Below are positions 38,508 to 47,559 of a stretch of 64,000 nt of DNA, one piece after another. The position numbers and the translations under genes are program-made. Position 1 is the first letter of the stretch. Each line of letters starts with the position of its first letter. The notes under the pieces were generated by a model. It saw only the letters and a list, made by a program, of their open reading frames with translations. It was not told where the DNA came from and did not search any database. Source of the stretch: a virus (Duplodnaviria > Caudoviricetes); IMG/VR virus record IMGVR_UViG_3300009159_000072, positions 276-64,275 of that record, one strand, 5' to 3'.

Positions 38508-40778
38508 ATGCAATTCACTCAAGAATCTAAGTCACAATTAGCCAAACTAATGGCTACCGAAAATCTCCGTGTTGAACATGCCAACGTTCAAACGGCTATG
38601 TTTAATCTCAAAACCCGGACACTGATCTTGCCAATTTGGAAAGATATGTCAGGCGAACTTTATGACCTTTTAACAGGACATGAGGTTGGTCACGCATTGG
38701 AAACTCCAGAAGAAGGCTGGCACAATGCTGTTATTGGTTCTGGAAAATACAATAAAAACTTCAAGCACTTTTTAAATGTGGTAGAAGACTGCCGTATTGA
38801 AAAGAAAATGAAACGCCGTTATCCAGGTCTACGTCCTTCTTTTGTGAAGGCTTATGGACAATTAATTGAACGTGATTTTTTTGGTATAAAAAACCGTAAT
38901 ATTAATTCAATGTCATTTATTGACCGTTTAAATCTTCATACAAAAGGCGGTGTTGCTTTGAATATAAGTTTCACTGATGAAGAACAGAAAATGGTTTCTG
39001 ATGTAGAAACTTGTGAAACATGGGATGACGTTTTGCGAGTAACAGAAACTGTTTATGGTTATTCTAAACAAGAACAAGAAGAACAATTCAAACTAGCCAA
39101 TCTCAATTCTATTGATGAAGATGATTCTGAATATGAATATGAGGATAGTGATTACGATGAAACCGATGGTTCAGATTCAAACTCCGATGAAACTGGTGAT
39201 TCAGATTCAGATTCAAACTCCGATGAAACCGATGGTCCAGATTCAAACTCCGATGAAACCGATGGTCCAGATTCAAACTCCGATGAAACTGGTAATCGTT
39301 TAGAACGGTTTAAAGATTCTAAACCAATGAATTCTGTTAGTGATTTTGAACCAATATGCGAAACTGATGAAACATTCCGCAGAAATGAAAATAAATTATT
39401 GGATGAAAAAAGTCGCCCATATGTTTATGTTACTCTACCAAAACCAATTATGTCCGAAATTCTGACACCATATAAACGTGTACATGAATTGATGGAAGAA
39501 TACTGGTTCGGTCAAGCATTCATTTCAAAAGAATTGCAACAAAGACTGTATAATGAATTCAAACAAAAGAATGACCGTTATATTGGCTTACTGGCTAAAG
39601 AATTTGAAATGCGTAAAGCCGCTTCTAAATTCTCAAAACAAAAAATTTCTGAAACTGGTGATATTGATGTTTCTCGCATCTACAAATACCAAGTTGATGA
39701 CAATATTTTCCGTAAGATTAACCGTGTTCCAAAAGGTAAATCTCATGGACTAGTTTTATTGTTTGATCGTTCAGGTTCAATGCATTATAATATGGAAAGT
39801 ACGATTGAGCAATTCTTGATTCTTTCTTTGTTTTGCCGTAAAGTAAATATTCCTTTCGTGGTGTATGGTTTTGGTAATAATACTGATGGATTTGCTCTTG
39901 ACCATGGCCGTCCTAGTGGAAATTGCTTTGATGAGAAAATTGGTTCATTGAATATGCCAAGCGTTTATTTGCGTGAATATCTTAATTCTAAAATGTCTGT
40001 GAGTGAATTCACTCGTTGCGTTAAAAATTTGGTATGTCTTGGAGAATCATTTGCTCCAAAAGGTCATCGCAAATTATTTCCTCCTCGTTCAGAGAATTTG
40101 TCATGTACACCAATGATTGAATCAATCGTTGCATTGAAACCTCTCACAGAAGAATTCCGTAAAAATAATAATCTTGATATTGTTAATATGGTACTATTAC
40201 ATGATGGTGATGCTGACAATATAAGTTCTTATTACAATCATAAAGGAAGTATTTCGAGTTTTTATCTAGAAACCAGTAATGTAATTTTGCGTGATGAAAA
40301 AACCAAATTTGAAACTAAGTTGAATTATCTAGATGGTGATTCTGGTGTACGTGAAGGTGTTTTTAATTGGTACCAGAAAACAACAGGTGCTAAAATTATT
40401 GGCTTCTTCATTAATGGTGGAACAAGTGGTCAAGTGAAGAATAGCATACTTCGCCGATACCACGATAAAAATGGTAAAACTATTTTTGAAAATACTGAAA
40501 AACTTGAGAAGTACCGTCAAAGTTACGAACAAGAAATAATTGTAAAAAATTTAGTTAAAACTATGAAAGAAGAACGATTCTTAGAATCAAATAACCGTGG
40601 TTATAAAAAGTTCTTTTTGATACCTGGTGGTTCTGACCTTGATACGGTGAACGATAACCTTCAAATTGAAGGTAATGTTACAGCTTTAAAGCTAAAGAAT
40701 GCATTTATCAAAATGAATAAGAAACGTCAAGTTTCTCGTGTTTTGGTAAACCGCTTCATTGGCGAAATCGCTGTATGA
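38508..40778 (+). CDS. CobT-like protein: N-terminal HExxH metallopeptidase-like domain, acidic linker, VWA domain
   Basis: LAKLMATENL, GHEVGHAL, NVVED.RIE and MIDAS DRSGSM motifs; paired with the downstream AAA ATPase. Confidence 0.85.
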   Translation: MQFTQESKSQLAKLMATENLRVEHANVQTAMFNLKTRTLILPIWKDMSGELYDLLTGHEVGHALETPEEGWHNAVIGSGKYNKNFKHFLNVVEDCRIEKKMKRRYPGLRPSFVKAYGQLIERDFFGIKNRNINSMSFIDRLNLHTKGGVALNISFTDEEQKMVSDVETCETWDDVLRVTETVYGYSKQEQEEQFKLANLNSIDEDDSEYEYEDSDYDETDGSDSNSDETGDSDSDSNSDETDGPDSNSDETDGPDSNSDETGNRLERFKDSKPMNSVSDFEPICETDETFRRNENKLLDEKSRPYVYVTLPKPIMSEILTPYKRVHELMEEYWFGQAFISKELQQRLYNEFKQKNDRYIGLLAKEFEMRKAASKFSKQKISETGDIDVSRIYKYQVDDNIFRKINRVPKGKSHGLVLLFDRSGSMHYNMESTIEQFLILSLFCRKVNIPFVVYGFGNNTDGFALDHGRPSGNCFDEKIGSLNMPSVYLREYLNSKMSVSEFTRCVKNLVCLGESFAPKGHRKLFPPRSENLSCTPMIESIVALKPLTEEFRKNNNLDIVNMVLLHDGDADNISSYYNHKGSISSFYLETSNVILRDEKTKFETKLNYLDGDSGVREGVFNWYQKTTGAKIIGFFINGGTSGQVKNSILRRYHDKNGKTIFENTEKLEKYRQSYEQEIIVKNLVKTMKEERFLESNNRGYKKFFLIPGGSDLDTVNDNLQIEGNVTALKLKNAFIKMNKKRQVSRVLVNRFIGEIAV
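39155..39293 (+). repeat. In-frame ~30-nt tandem repeat encoding DETDG(S/P)DSNS
   Basis: About 4.5 copies of CGATGAAACCGATGGT(T/C)CAGATTCAAACTC, one of them 36 nt. Confidence 0.9.
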
Positions 40779-40795
40779 TTTTTACAACACCATGC

Positions 40796-40824
40796 TTGAC
40801 AGTGTGGTGCATTTGATGTATAAT
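40796..40824 (+). promoter_or_regulatory. Consensus sigma70 (early) promoter
   Basis: TTGACA-17 nt-TATAAT upstream of the CobS-like gene. Confidence 0.8.
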
Positions 40825-40859
40825 TGGTTTTATTGATTTGATTAATTGGAGTTTTTATT

Positions 40860-42026
40860 ATGCGTACAGTTCAGACTGACAAGCGTGAGAAGTTTTTGTC
40901 CCTTGCCGCCGCTACCGGTAAAACCGTTTTAACATTGCAGGATATTGAAAATATTTGCAGTGAAAATGATGTTAAGAAACCACAATGGTTTATGAAAGAC
41001 TTGGCTAATCGTGCTGGTCGAGGTTTGTATAAAGTTCCCAATGCTACAATTTCCATGGCTACTGTTATTTCTATGAAAAAACCAGAACCAGAATTTGATT
41101 CTAAAAAACGAATTACTAATATCGTTACTGATCTTGAAACTGAAAATTTGGTTCCACAAGTTTATAAGAATTATGTTCCTTTCGGTAACTATGATGACTT
41201 AGTTGCTATTGTTCAAAGTAACCAATTCTTTCCTATTTTTATTACAGGTCAATCTGGCAACGGCAAAACAATGTCTATTGAACAAGCCTGTGCAAAAACA
41301 AAACGTAAATTTATTTGCGTTTCAATGACACCTGATACCGATGAATCTGATTTGCTCGGTAATTATGTACTTATCAACGGTCAAATGGAATGGCGTGATG
41401 GTCCAGTTACTGTTGCGGCTCGCCAAGGTGCAGTTTTGTGTATTGATGAGATTGATTATGGTGCTCAAAACTTAGCTTGTTTGCAACGTGTACTTGAAGG
41501 CAAACCATTCTTGTTGAAAAAGAAAAACGAATTGGTATCACCGGCTGAAGGTTTTACCATTGTAGCCACTGCCAATACAAAAGGTAAAGGTTCAGAAGAT
41601 GGTCGATTTATGTTCACCAATGTTTTGAATGAAGCCTTCTTGGAACGTTTCTTGAATACATATGAACAAGAATATCCTCCTGTTGCGATTGAAAAGAAAA
41701 TTATTCGTAAAGAAATGAAATCTTTTGGTCGTGAAGATGATTCGTTTGCCGATAAACTTGTTATCTGGGCAGATACAATTCGTAAAACTTTTGAAGAAGG
41801 TGGTGTGGATGAAATCATCTCTACTCGCCGTCTGGTTCACATTTGTAAAACCTATGGCATCTATGGTGATCGAATGAAGGCAATTTCACTTTGTTTGAAT
41901 CGTTTTGATACCGATACCAAAATTTCGTTCCTTGACTTGTATTCTAAACTAGATGCTGATGTTAAGAAAGAAGAAATCCCAGTGAGTACTGTAACTAATC
42001 CTTACATGGAAGAAGTTCCCTTTTAA
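40860..42026 (+). CDS. cobS: CobS-like MoxR-family AAA+ ATPase
   Basis: GQSGNGKT, LCIDEID, ATANTKGKGS.DGRF and LNEAFLERF motifs. Confidence 0.88.
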   Translation: MRTVQTDKREKFLSLAAATGKTVLTLQDIENICSENDVKKPQWFMKDLANRAGRGLYKVPNATISMATVISMKKPEPEFDSKKRITNIVTDLETENLVPQVYKNYVPFGNYDDLVAIVQSNQFFPIFITGQSGNGKTMSIEQACAKTKRKFICVSMTPDTDESDLLGNYVLINGQMEWRDGPVTVAARQGAVLCIDEIDYGAQNLACLQRVLEGKPFLLKKKNELVSPAEGFTIVATANTKGKGSEDGRFMFTNVLNEAFLERFLNTYEQEYPPVAIEKKIIRKEMKSFGREDDSFADKLVIWADTIRKTFEEGGVDEIISTRRLVHICKTYGIYGDRMKAISLCLNRFDTDTKISFLDLYSKLDADVKKEEIPVSTVTNPYMEEVPF

Positions 42027-42050
42027 ACGTCATCTTTGCCTACAGGATGG

Positions 42051-42079
42051 TTGCTAATCATCCTGTATTCTGTTATACT
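42051..42079 (+). promoter_or_regulatory. Sigma70-type promoter overlapped by an inverted repeat
   Basis: TTGCTA-17 nt-TATACT with an extended TG; the palindrome TACAGGATG...CATCCTGTA flanks the -35 box. Confidence 0.6.
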
Positions 42080-42145
42080 CCGAATATGAGAAATGAATCA
42101 CCTCTCATATATTTTTTCAAGTGTGATTTTTATTATGGAGCTATT

Positions 42146-42403
42146 ATGGCTAAACTGACTGCTAAACAAAAAATGCTTGCTACTTTGAGCAAGAAAACAG
42201 GATACAACACCTTTACTGTTGCTCAAGGACGTGTTCGATTTGGTGTTACCAATGTTGCCGCACGTATTAATGAGTTGCGTAATGACGGTTATTCCATCTA
42301 CACCAACACCCGCAAACTGGCTGATGGTCGTAAAATTTCCTTCTATCGCATGGGCAAACCAACAAAGACCATGGCGAAACAAGGTTATCGCACATTCGCC
42401 TAA
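42146..42403 (+). CDS. Small winged helix-turn-helix DNA-binding protein
   Basis: ATG at 42146 after GGAG; basic protein; TVAQ...RFGV.NVAARINELR..GY.I pattern. Confidence 0.7.
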   Translation: MAKLTAKQKMLATLSKKTGYNTFTVAQGRVRFGVTNVAARINELRNDGYSIYTNTRKLADGRKISFYRMGKPTKTMAKQGYRTFA

Positions 42404-42422
42404 AATTTAGGTGAATCCTAAT

Positions 42423-42460
42423 GAGGGTGTGATATATACTTGTATCACTCCCTCTTTTTT
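42423..42460 (+). terminator. Rho-independent terminator
   Basis: GAGGG.GTGATA...TATCAC.CCCTC stem followed by T6. Confidence 0.75.
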
Positions 42461-42471
42461 ATGGATACATT

Positions 42472-43287
42472 ATGGAAATTAAAGTTAAAATTGAAGACTT
42501 GAAGAAGCACAAACTTTTTGTTGCGACTCCAATGTATGGCGGCATGAATCATGGCATGTACATGAAATCTTGTCTTGACCTACAGTCTATGTTGACCAAA
42601 TATGAAATAGAAGTCCGGTTCTCTTTCTTGTTCAATGAATCACTAATTACACGGGCTCGAAATTATCTAGTAGATGAATTCTTACGTTCTGAATGTACGC
42701 ACATGATGTTCATTGATTCTGATGTACATTTTAATCCACAAGACGTTATTGCTTTGCTTGCACTTGATAAAGATGTTATTGGTGGTCCTTACCCCAAAAA
42801 ATCTATTAACTGGGGTAACATTGCAGAAGCTGCACGTAAACATCCAGAGTTGGCTGCCGCTGACTTAGAAAACTTGGTTGGAGATTATGTTTTCAACGTT
42901 GTTGCTGGAACAAAACAATTCTCTGTAACTGAACCTCTAAAAGTTATGGAAATTGGTACTGGTTACATGATGATTAAACGTGAAGTCTTTGATAAGATGA
43001 AAGAGGCTTATCCACAATTGCGTTACAAACCTGACCATGTTGGACAAGCCAACTTTGATGGCTCACGTTACATTCATGCATATTTTGATACAATTATTGA
43101 CACTGTTGATAGTGCAACAGGTGGTGGTTCAGACCGTTACCTATCTGAAGACTATATGTTCTGTCAATTGTGGCGTAAAATCGGTGGCGAAATTTACTTG
43201 TGTCCTTGGATGAAGACTCAACATATTGGTACATATGCCTTCACTGGTAATATGGCTAAGATCGCAGAGTTAACAGGGAAACTGTAA
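42472..43287 (+). CDS. Glycosyltransferase-like protein (GT-A fold)
   Basis: VATPMYGG, ESLITRARN, MFIDSD (DxD), GTG.M.IKR and YLSEDY.FC motifs. Confidence 0.7.
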   Translation: MEIKVKIEDLKKHKLFVATPMYGGMNHGMYMKSCLDLQSMLTKYEIEVRFSFLFNESLITRARNYLVDEFLRSECTHMMFIDSDVHFNPQDVIALLALDKDVIGGPYPKKSINWGNIAEAARKHPELAAADLENLVGDYVFNVVAGTKQFSVTEPLKVMEIGTGYMMIKREVFDKMKEAYPQLRYKPDHVGQANFDGSRYIHAYFDTIIDTVDSATGGGSDRYLSEDYMFCQLWRKIGGEIYLCPWMKTQHIGTYAFTGNMAKIAELTGKL

Positions 43288-43592
43288 TGACTTCGGTTGA
43301 AGGTCGTAAGTTTGATGGTGGTAAACTAGAATATGGTTTACTGCCACCATTAGCACTAGAAGAGACTGTTAAAGTCCTCACGTTTGGTGCTCAAAAGTAT
43401 GAACGTGATAATTGGCAAAAAGTACCAGACTCAAAACGTAGGTACTTTGATGCTTTACAGAGACATATGTGGTCATGGAAACAAGGTGAGCAACTTGATC
43501 CTGAATCTGGCATTCATCACCTTGCTCATGCTATGTGTTGCCTAATGTTTCTGTATGAACATGATGTGAAATATTCTCTTGACAACAAGTGA
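43287..43592 (+). CDS. DUF5664 dATP/dGTP diphosphohydrolase-like protein
   Basis: KFDGGK..Y.LLP, GA.KY...NW and RH...W..GE..DPESG..HLAHA.CC motifs. Confidence 0.85.
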   Translation: MTSVEGRKFDGGKLEYGLLPPLALEETVKVLTFGAQKYERDNWQKVPDSKRRYFDALQRHMWSWKQGEQLDPESGIHHLAHAMCCLMFLYEHDVKYSLDNK

Positions 43593-43607
43593 ATTAAACT
43601 GTATAAT
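43579..43607 (+). promoter_or_regulatory. Consensus sigma70 promoter for gp45
   Basis: TTGACA-17 nt-TATAAT. Confidence 0.8.
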
Positions 43608-43628
43608 GAATTTTTTTTGGAGTATATA

Positions 43629-44306
43629 ATGAAGCTATCTAAAAGCACTTTGGTCGTATTGAAAAACTTTGCATCTATCAATGATGGTATCGTTTTCCGT
43701 TCTGGTAATTTGTTGCGTACCTGTGACGCACAGAAACAGGTCCTTGCTGAGGCAACAATCGAGGAAACAATTCCTTCCGAATTTGGTATTCACGATTTAA
43801 ATAAATTTCTTTCCGTTTTGTCGCTGTATGGTGATAATCCTAACATCGAGTTGGCTGAAAATAATAAGTCTGCATACTTGATGACTTCTCGCCGTAAAAC
43901 AGACTATCGCCTGTGTGATGCATCTATGGTAAAAAATGCACCTGAAAAATCCATTACTATGCCAAGCGTAGATGTTTCTTTCACCTTGTCTCAAGAAGAT
44001 TTGGAATCAACCTTGAAGGCTTCTTCTGTTTTGGGTACACCACATATTGCTATCAATTCTGATGGTTCGAAAGTGTATGTTTCTGTTCTTGATAGCAAAG
44101 ATAATTCAACACACACAAGTAAATTAGAACTCTGTGATGGTAAAGGTACGAAATATAATATGTTATTCAGGACTGAAAACTTGAAGATGATTCCTGGTGA
44201 ATATGAAGTTTCTATCTCATTCAAAGGTATCGCAAACTTCAAGAATAAAAATTCACCAATCCAATATTGGGTAGCAACTGAACTCGGTTCTTCTGGAGAA
44301 GCATGA
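43629..44306 (+). CDS. gp45: Sliding clamp gp45
   Basis: MKLSK.TL..LKNFASIN, FGI.DLN.FL and ENLKMIPG.Y...YWVA.E motifs. Confidence 0.93.
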   Translation: MKLSKSTLVVLKNFASINDGIVFRSGNLLRTCDAQKQVLAEATIEETIPSEFGIHDLNKFLSVLSLYGDNPNIELAENNKSAYLMTSRRKTDYRLCDASMVKNAPEKSITMPSVDVSFTLSQEDLESTLKASSVLGTPHIAINSDGSKVYVSVLDSKDNSTHTSKLELCDGKGTKYNMLFRTENLKMIPGEYEVSISFKGIANFKNKNSPIQYWVATELGSSGEA

Positions 44307-44479
44307 TGTTCGTATACATTACGGATGTTTTCCAAACAACTTGGGCTATCAATGTCAATAAAATAATTAAGTTGGTCGAAAATCAAAAAATAACCTTGAT
44401 TTATCTTGATGATGGTGTTATAATTAAAACAACCAGACCAATGGCTGAATTGGTAGCACAACTGAACTTGGTTCAGTGA
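44303..44479 (+). CDS. Small hypothetical protein (58 aa, not in the ORF track)
   Basis: Translates as MMFVYITDVFQTTWAINVNKIIKLVE...; GGAG SD; ATG overlaps the gp45 stop. Confidence 0.6.
   Translation: MMFVYITDVFQTTWAINVNKIIKLVENQKITLIYLDDGVIIKTTRPMAELVAQLNLVQ
44396..44424 (+). promoter_or_regulatory. Sigma70-type promoter for gp44
   Basis: TTGATT-17 nt-TATAAT with an extended TG. Confidence 0.6.
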
Positions 44480-44505
44480 TTTGAATTTTATATTATGGAG
44501 TTGTT

Positions 44506-45438
44506 ATGGAACATATGCTTTGGACAGAAAAACACCGTCCAAAAACGATTGAGGAATGTATTCTTCCAGTAAGGCTCAAAACGCCTTTCCAAGAGTATGT
44601 AAACTCTGAAAAGATTCCGCACCTGTTGCTATCTGGTGGCGCAGGTGTTGGTAAGACTACCGTTGCTAAAGCAATGTGTAATGAGATTGATGCCGACTAC
44701 ATTATGATTAACGGTTCTGACGAATCTGGTATTGATGTTTTTCGTACCAAGATTAAGAACTTTGCATCTTCAATGTCTTTCACTGGCGGTCGTAAAGTCA
44801 TTATTATTGATGAGGCAGACTATTTGAATCCTAATTCAACACAGCCTGCTTTACGTAATGCGATGGAAGAATTTGCAAGTAATTGTTCATTCATTTTCAC
44901 CTGTAACTTTAAGAATCGTATTATTGATCCACTGCATTCACGTTGTGCAGTGGTTGATTTTACCTTGAAGAACGATGAGAAGACTGCCATGGCTGGTCAA
45001 TTCTTCAAACGTATCCAATCAATCTTAAATGTTGAATCTGTTGAGTATGAACCTAAAGTAATTGCAGAACTGGTAAAGAAACACTTTCCAGATTTTCGCC
45101 GCATTCTAAATGAGCTACAGCGTTATTCTCAGTTTGGTAAGATTGATACTGGAGTTTTATCCCAAATTGCAGATGTTTCGATTGGTGAAATTGTGAAGCA
45201 CTTGAAAGGTAAAGACTTTGGCGCAATTCGTAAATGGGTTGCGGTATCTGATGTTGATCCTGCTACACTGTATCGCAAATTATATGATAATATGTATGAA
45301 GTTTTACAACCACAAACTATTCCTCAAGCAGTAATTATTCTTGCAGACTATCAGTACAAACAAGCATTTGTTGCTGATGCTGAAATCAATACTGTTGCTT
45401 GTTTGACAGAGTTGATGGTGAGTGTGGAATTCAAATGA
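44506..45438 (+). CDS. gp44: Clamp loader large subunit gp44
   Basis: W.EK.RP..I.ECILP, GGAGVGKTT, IIDEAD, PLHSRC and FPDFRR motifs. Confidence 0.96.
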   Translation: MEHMLWTEKHRPKTIEECILPVRLKTPFQEYVNSEKIPHLLLSGGAGVGKTTVAKAMCNEIDADYIMINGSDESGIDVFRTKIKNFASSMSFTGGRKVIIIDEADYLNPNSTQPALRNAMEEFASNCSFIFTCNFKNRIIDPLHSRCAVVDFTLKNDEKTAMAGQFFKRIQSILNVESVEYEPKVIAELVKKHFPDFRRILNELQRYSQFGKIDTGVLSQIADVSIGEIVKHLKGKDFGAIRKWVAVSDVDPATLYRKLYDNMYEVLQPQTIPQAVIILADYQYKQAFVADAEINTVACLTELMVSVEFK

Positions 45439-45920
45439 AAAGAGATATTTTTGGAGATTTTGTAGTTACTGCAAGTGACTATGGTGATAAAATTCGGCAA
45501 GAATTGAATTATACAAACTTTATTTCCGTGAAGCCAAAACTTCATACGAATAAAGGAGTGATTGCAGATGACTTTATTGATGGTGCAGGAATATATTTGC
45601 TGTATAGAAACGATGAGTTAATTTACATTGGGTATAGTAATAGCAGTGTAAGAAATCGCATTGGTCGCCTTTTCGCTGGCGTTAGAGGGACAGAGCGCCA
45701 TGATGAGTCGCATCCTGGAGCATACAAGTACATAAAATTGTATGGAACAGTATGTGATAATTTGCAAGTAAAAATTGTGCCTCTTCAACAACATACACTG
45801 TTATGTGGTATTACGATGGAACAAATAGAACATGAATTGATTTATAATATGAAGCCTATATTGAATAATGAAATATATCGTAATCGGGATATTATTTCCC
45901 ATGTGATGGAACTTAAATAA
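45435..45920 (+). CDS. GIY-YIG-like nuclease domain protein
   Basis: GIYLLY...LIYIGYS...R.R and E.ELI....P..N motifs. Confidence 0.65.
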   Translation: MKRDIFGDFVVTASDYGDKIRQELNYTNFISVKPKLHTNKGVIADDFIDGAGIYLLYRNDELIYIGYSNSSVRNRIGRLFAGVRGTERHDESHPGAYKYIKLYGTVCDNLQVKIVPLQQHTLLCGITMEQIEHELIYNMKPILNNEIYRNRDIISHVMELK

Positions 45921-46210
45921 TGTTAGACCTTTTCAAGCCCACATTAACATGGATCGAAGATGACTTTAATTCTCATCCTTTTCGTTTTTTCATTGAGTTG
46001 CTTGCTTGGGGCATTAGTATCGGGTGTTCAATTACCATGGCTATTACAGTCCCGAATCCGCCCCTACTTACTCTTTATCCTATATGGATCTTCGGTTGTA
46101 GTCTCTATGCTTGGGCTGCTTTTAGTCGGAAATCTTTTGGGATGTTGGCTAATTATATCTTGCTGACAACTATTGATTCTATTGGCTTAATTAGGATGAT
46201 TATTGCATGA
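45920..46210 (+). CDS. Small membrane protein
   Basis: Three hydrophobic segments; start overlaps the upstream stop. Confidence 0.65.
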   Translation: MLDLFKPTLTWIEDDFNSHPFRFFIELLAWGISIGCSITMAITVPNPPLLTLYPIWIFGCSLYAWAAFSRKSFGMLANYILLTTIDSIGLIRMIIA

Positions 46211-46491
46211 CAGATACTGCAACTACACTAACCACCACCAGTATTGTTACAAACGTGCCAGTTGCATCATCGTACTGTTCTTCAGGATTGTCTGCTACAA
46301 TATCAGGATCTTTTTCCACCATCTTAGCTAAACCATTATCTTATCAATTTAGAGTTGTAGAATGGGTCAAAGATAACCATGTTGCTGGTGTTGAACTACA
46401 GGTTAAAACAACAGAACATGACCAGTATGGAACTATAGTTGAAGAAGGACCTTGGAACAAAGTTCCTCGTATTAAGATGGATATGTCATGA
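46207..46491 (+). CDS. Hypothetical protein
   Basis: 94-aa ORF with overlapping start/stop codons on both sides. Confidence 0.6.
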   Translation: MTDTATTLTTTSIVTNVPVASSYCSSGLSATISGSFSTILAKPLSYQFRVVEWVKDNHVAGVELQVKTTEHDQYGTIVEEGPWNKVPRIKMDMS

Positions 46492-46874
46492 GTAATCCAT
46501 TCGACTATGTAAATGAGATTCTTCAAGGTAAGAAACAACTTATTGTTGATGACTATACTGAAAAATCCTATGAGCCTTTTTTGACTAATCGTTCTCTATC
46601 ATACCACAAAGATTGTATCATGTATGCAAATGAGATGAATCGCCGACACTTCCTCGATAAAAAAATGCAGAATGATTTTTTGCTAAATACTATTAGGTCA
46701 AGAAAACGACCTTTTAGTAAGTGGGCTAAAGCTGAGAAAAGTGAAGATATGTCATGCGTAAAAACATATTTTAATCTTTCCGATGCTAAAGCACGTGAAG
46801 CTCTACGCCTACTTTCTGATGAACAAATTCGAGAGTTGAAAGAGAAAACTGACCCCGGTGGTTTGAGAAAATAA
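46488..46874 (+). CDS. gp62: Clamp loader small subunit gp62
   Basis: PFDYVN.I, Y.PF..NR.LS, ANEMN, RKR.FSKW.K and S..KAREAL..L...GG motifs. Confidence 0.9.
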   Translation: MSNPFDYVNEILQGKKQLIVDDYTEKSYEPFLTNRSLSYHKDCIMYANEMNRRHFLDKKMQNDFLLNTIRSRKRPFSKWAKAEKSEDMSCVKTYFNLSDAKAREALRLLSDEQIRELKEKTDPGGLRK

Positions 46875-46944
46875 CACTTCCAAATGAAGGTTCTTAAACG
46901 CTGAATAGTTAGTTACAATAAGAACCTTCAAAAGGCAAAGTGAT

Positions 46945-47361
46945 ATGATTGATACGAATGATATTTTTCGTGGTGTAGGAGTTGAGATTCTACTGAATGA
47001 ACAAGATGATTTCCTTAAAGTCCGAGAGACCCTAACTAGAATTGGTGTCTCTTCTAGTAAAGAAAAAATTCTATACCAATCTTGCCACATCTTACACAAA
47101 CAAGCTAGATACACAATACTACATTTTAAAGAATTGTTTGAGTTGGACGGAAAACCATCCAATATTTCTGATAATGACATTGAAAGACGGAATACAATTG
47201 CTAAACTTCTTGAAGAATGGGGTTTAGTGAAGATAATTAACCCAGAACTCATAGGTGAAAAAATAACACCTCTGCACCAGATTAAGATTATTTCATATCG
47301 TGAAAAAGATCAATGGCAGTTGGTAAGTAAATACAATATTGGAAAGAAATCTCAGGAATGA
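46945..47361 (+). CDS. regA: Translational repressor RegA
   Basis: DDFLKVRETLTRIG, LYQSCHILHKQ..Y.I.HFKELF.LDG and RRNTIA.LL.EWGL motifs. Confidence 0.96.
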   Translation: MIDTNDIFRGVGVEILLNEQDDFLKVRETLTRIGVSSSKEKILYQSCHILHKQARYTILHFKELFELDGKPSNISDNDIERRNTIAKLLEEWGLVKIINPELIGEKITPLHQIKIISYREKDQWQLVSKYNIGKKSQE

Positions 47362-47367
47362 TATATT

Positions 47368-47553
47368 ATGAAAAAAGTAAAAGAGAAAGTGACCAGACTA
47401 AAGAACATTTACACTGGTGAAATCGTTATAACTAGTAACTTGTTTGAGAAAAGAGTTGATAGTACCATGACATTCATTCAGGTATATACCGAGACCAATC
47501 CACAAAGAATTTTCTTTGTTAACGGCGCGGCTTTTGTTCCGGCGACTAAATAA
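47368..47553 (+). CDS. Small hypothetical protein
   Basis: 61-aa ORF directly after regA. Confidence 0.6.
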   Translation: MKKVKEKVTRLKNIYTGEIVITSNLFEKRVDSTMTFIQVYTETNPQRIFFVNGAAFVPATK

Positions 47554-47559
47554 TAGTAT

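Noticed and set aside
38508-42026. Cobalamin biosynthesis auxiliary metabolic genes
   Set aside because: CobS/CobT-like MoxR-VWA pairs are common in T4-like phages. No cobN or other cob genes are present, so a chaperone-like role is more plausible.
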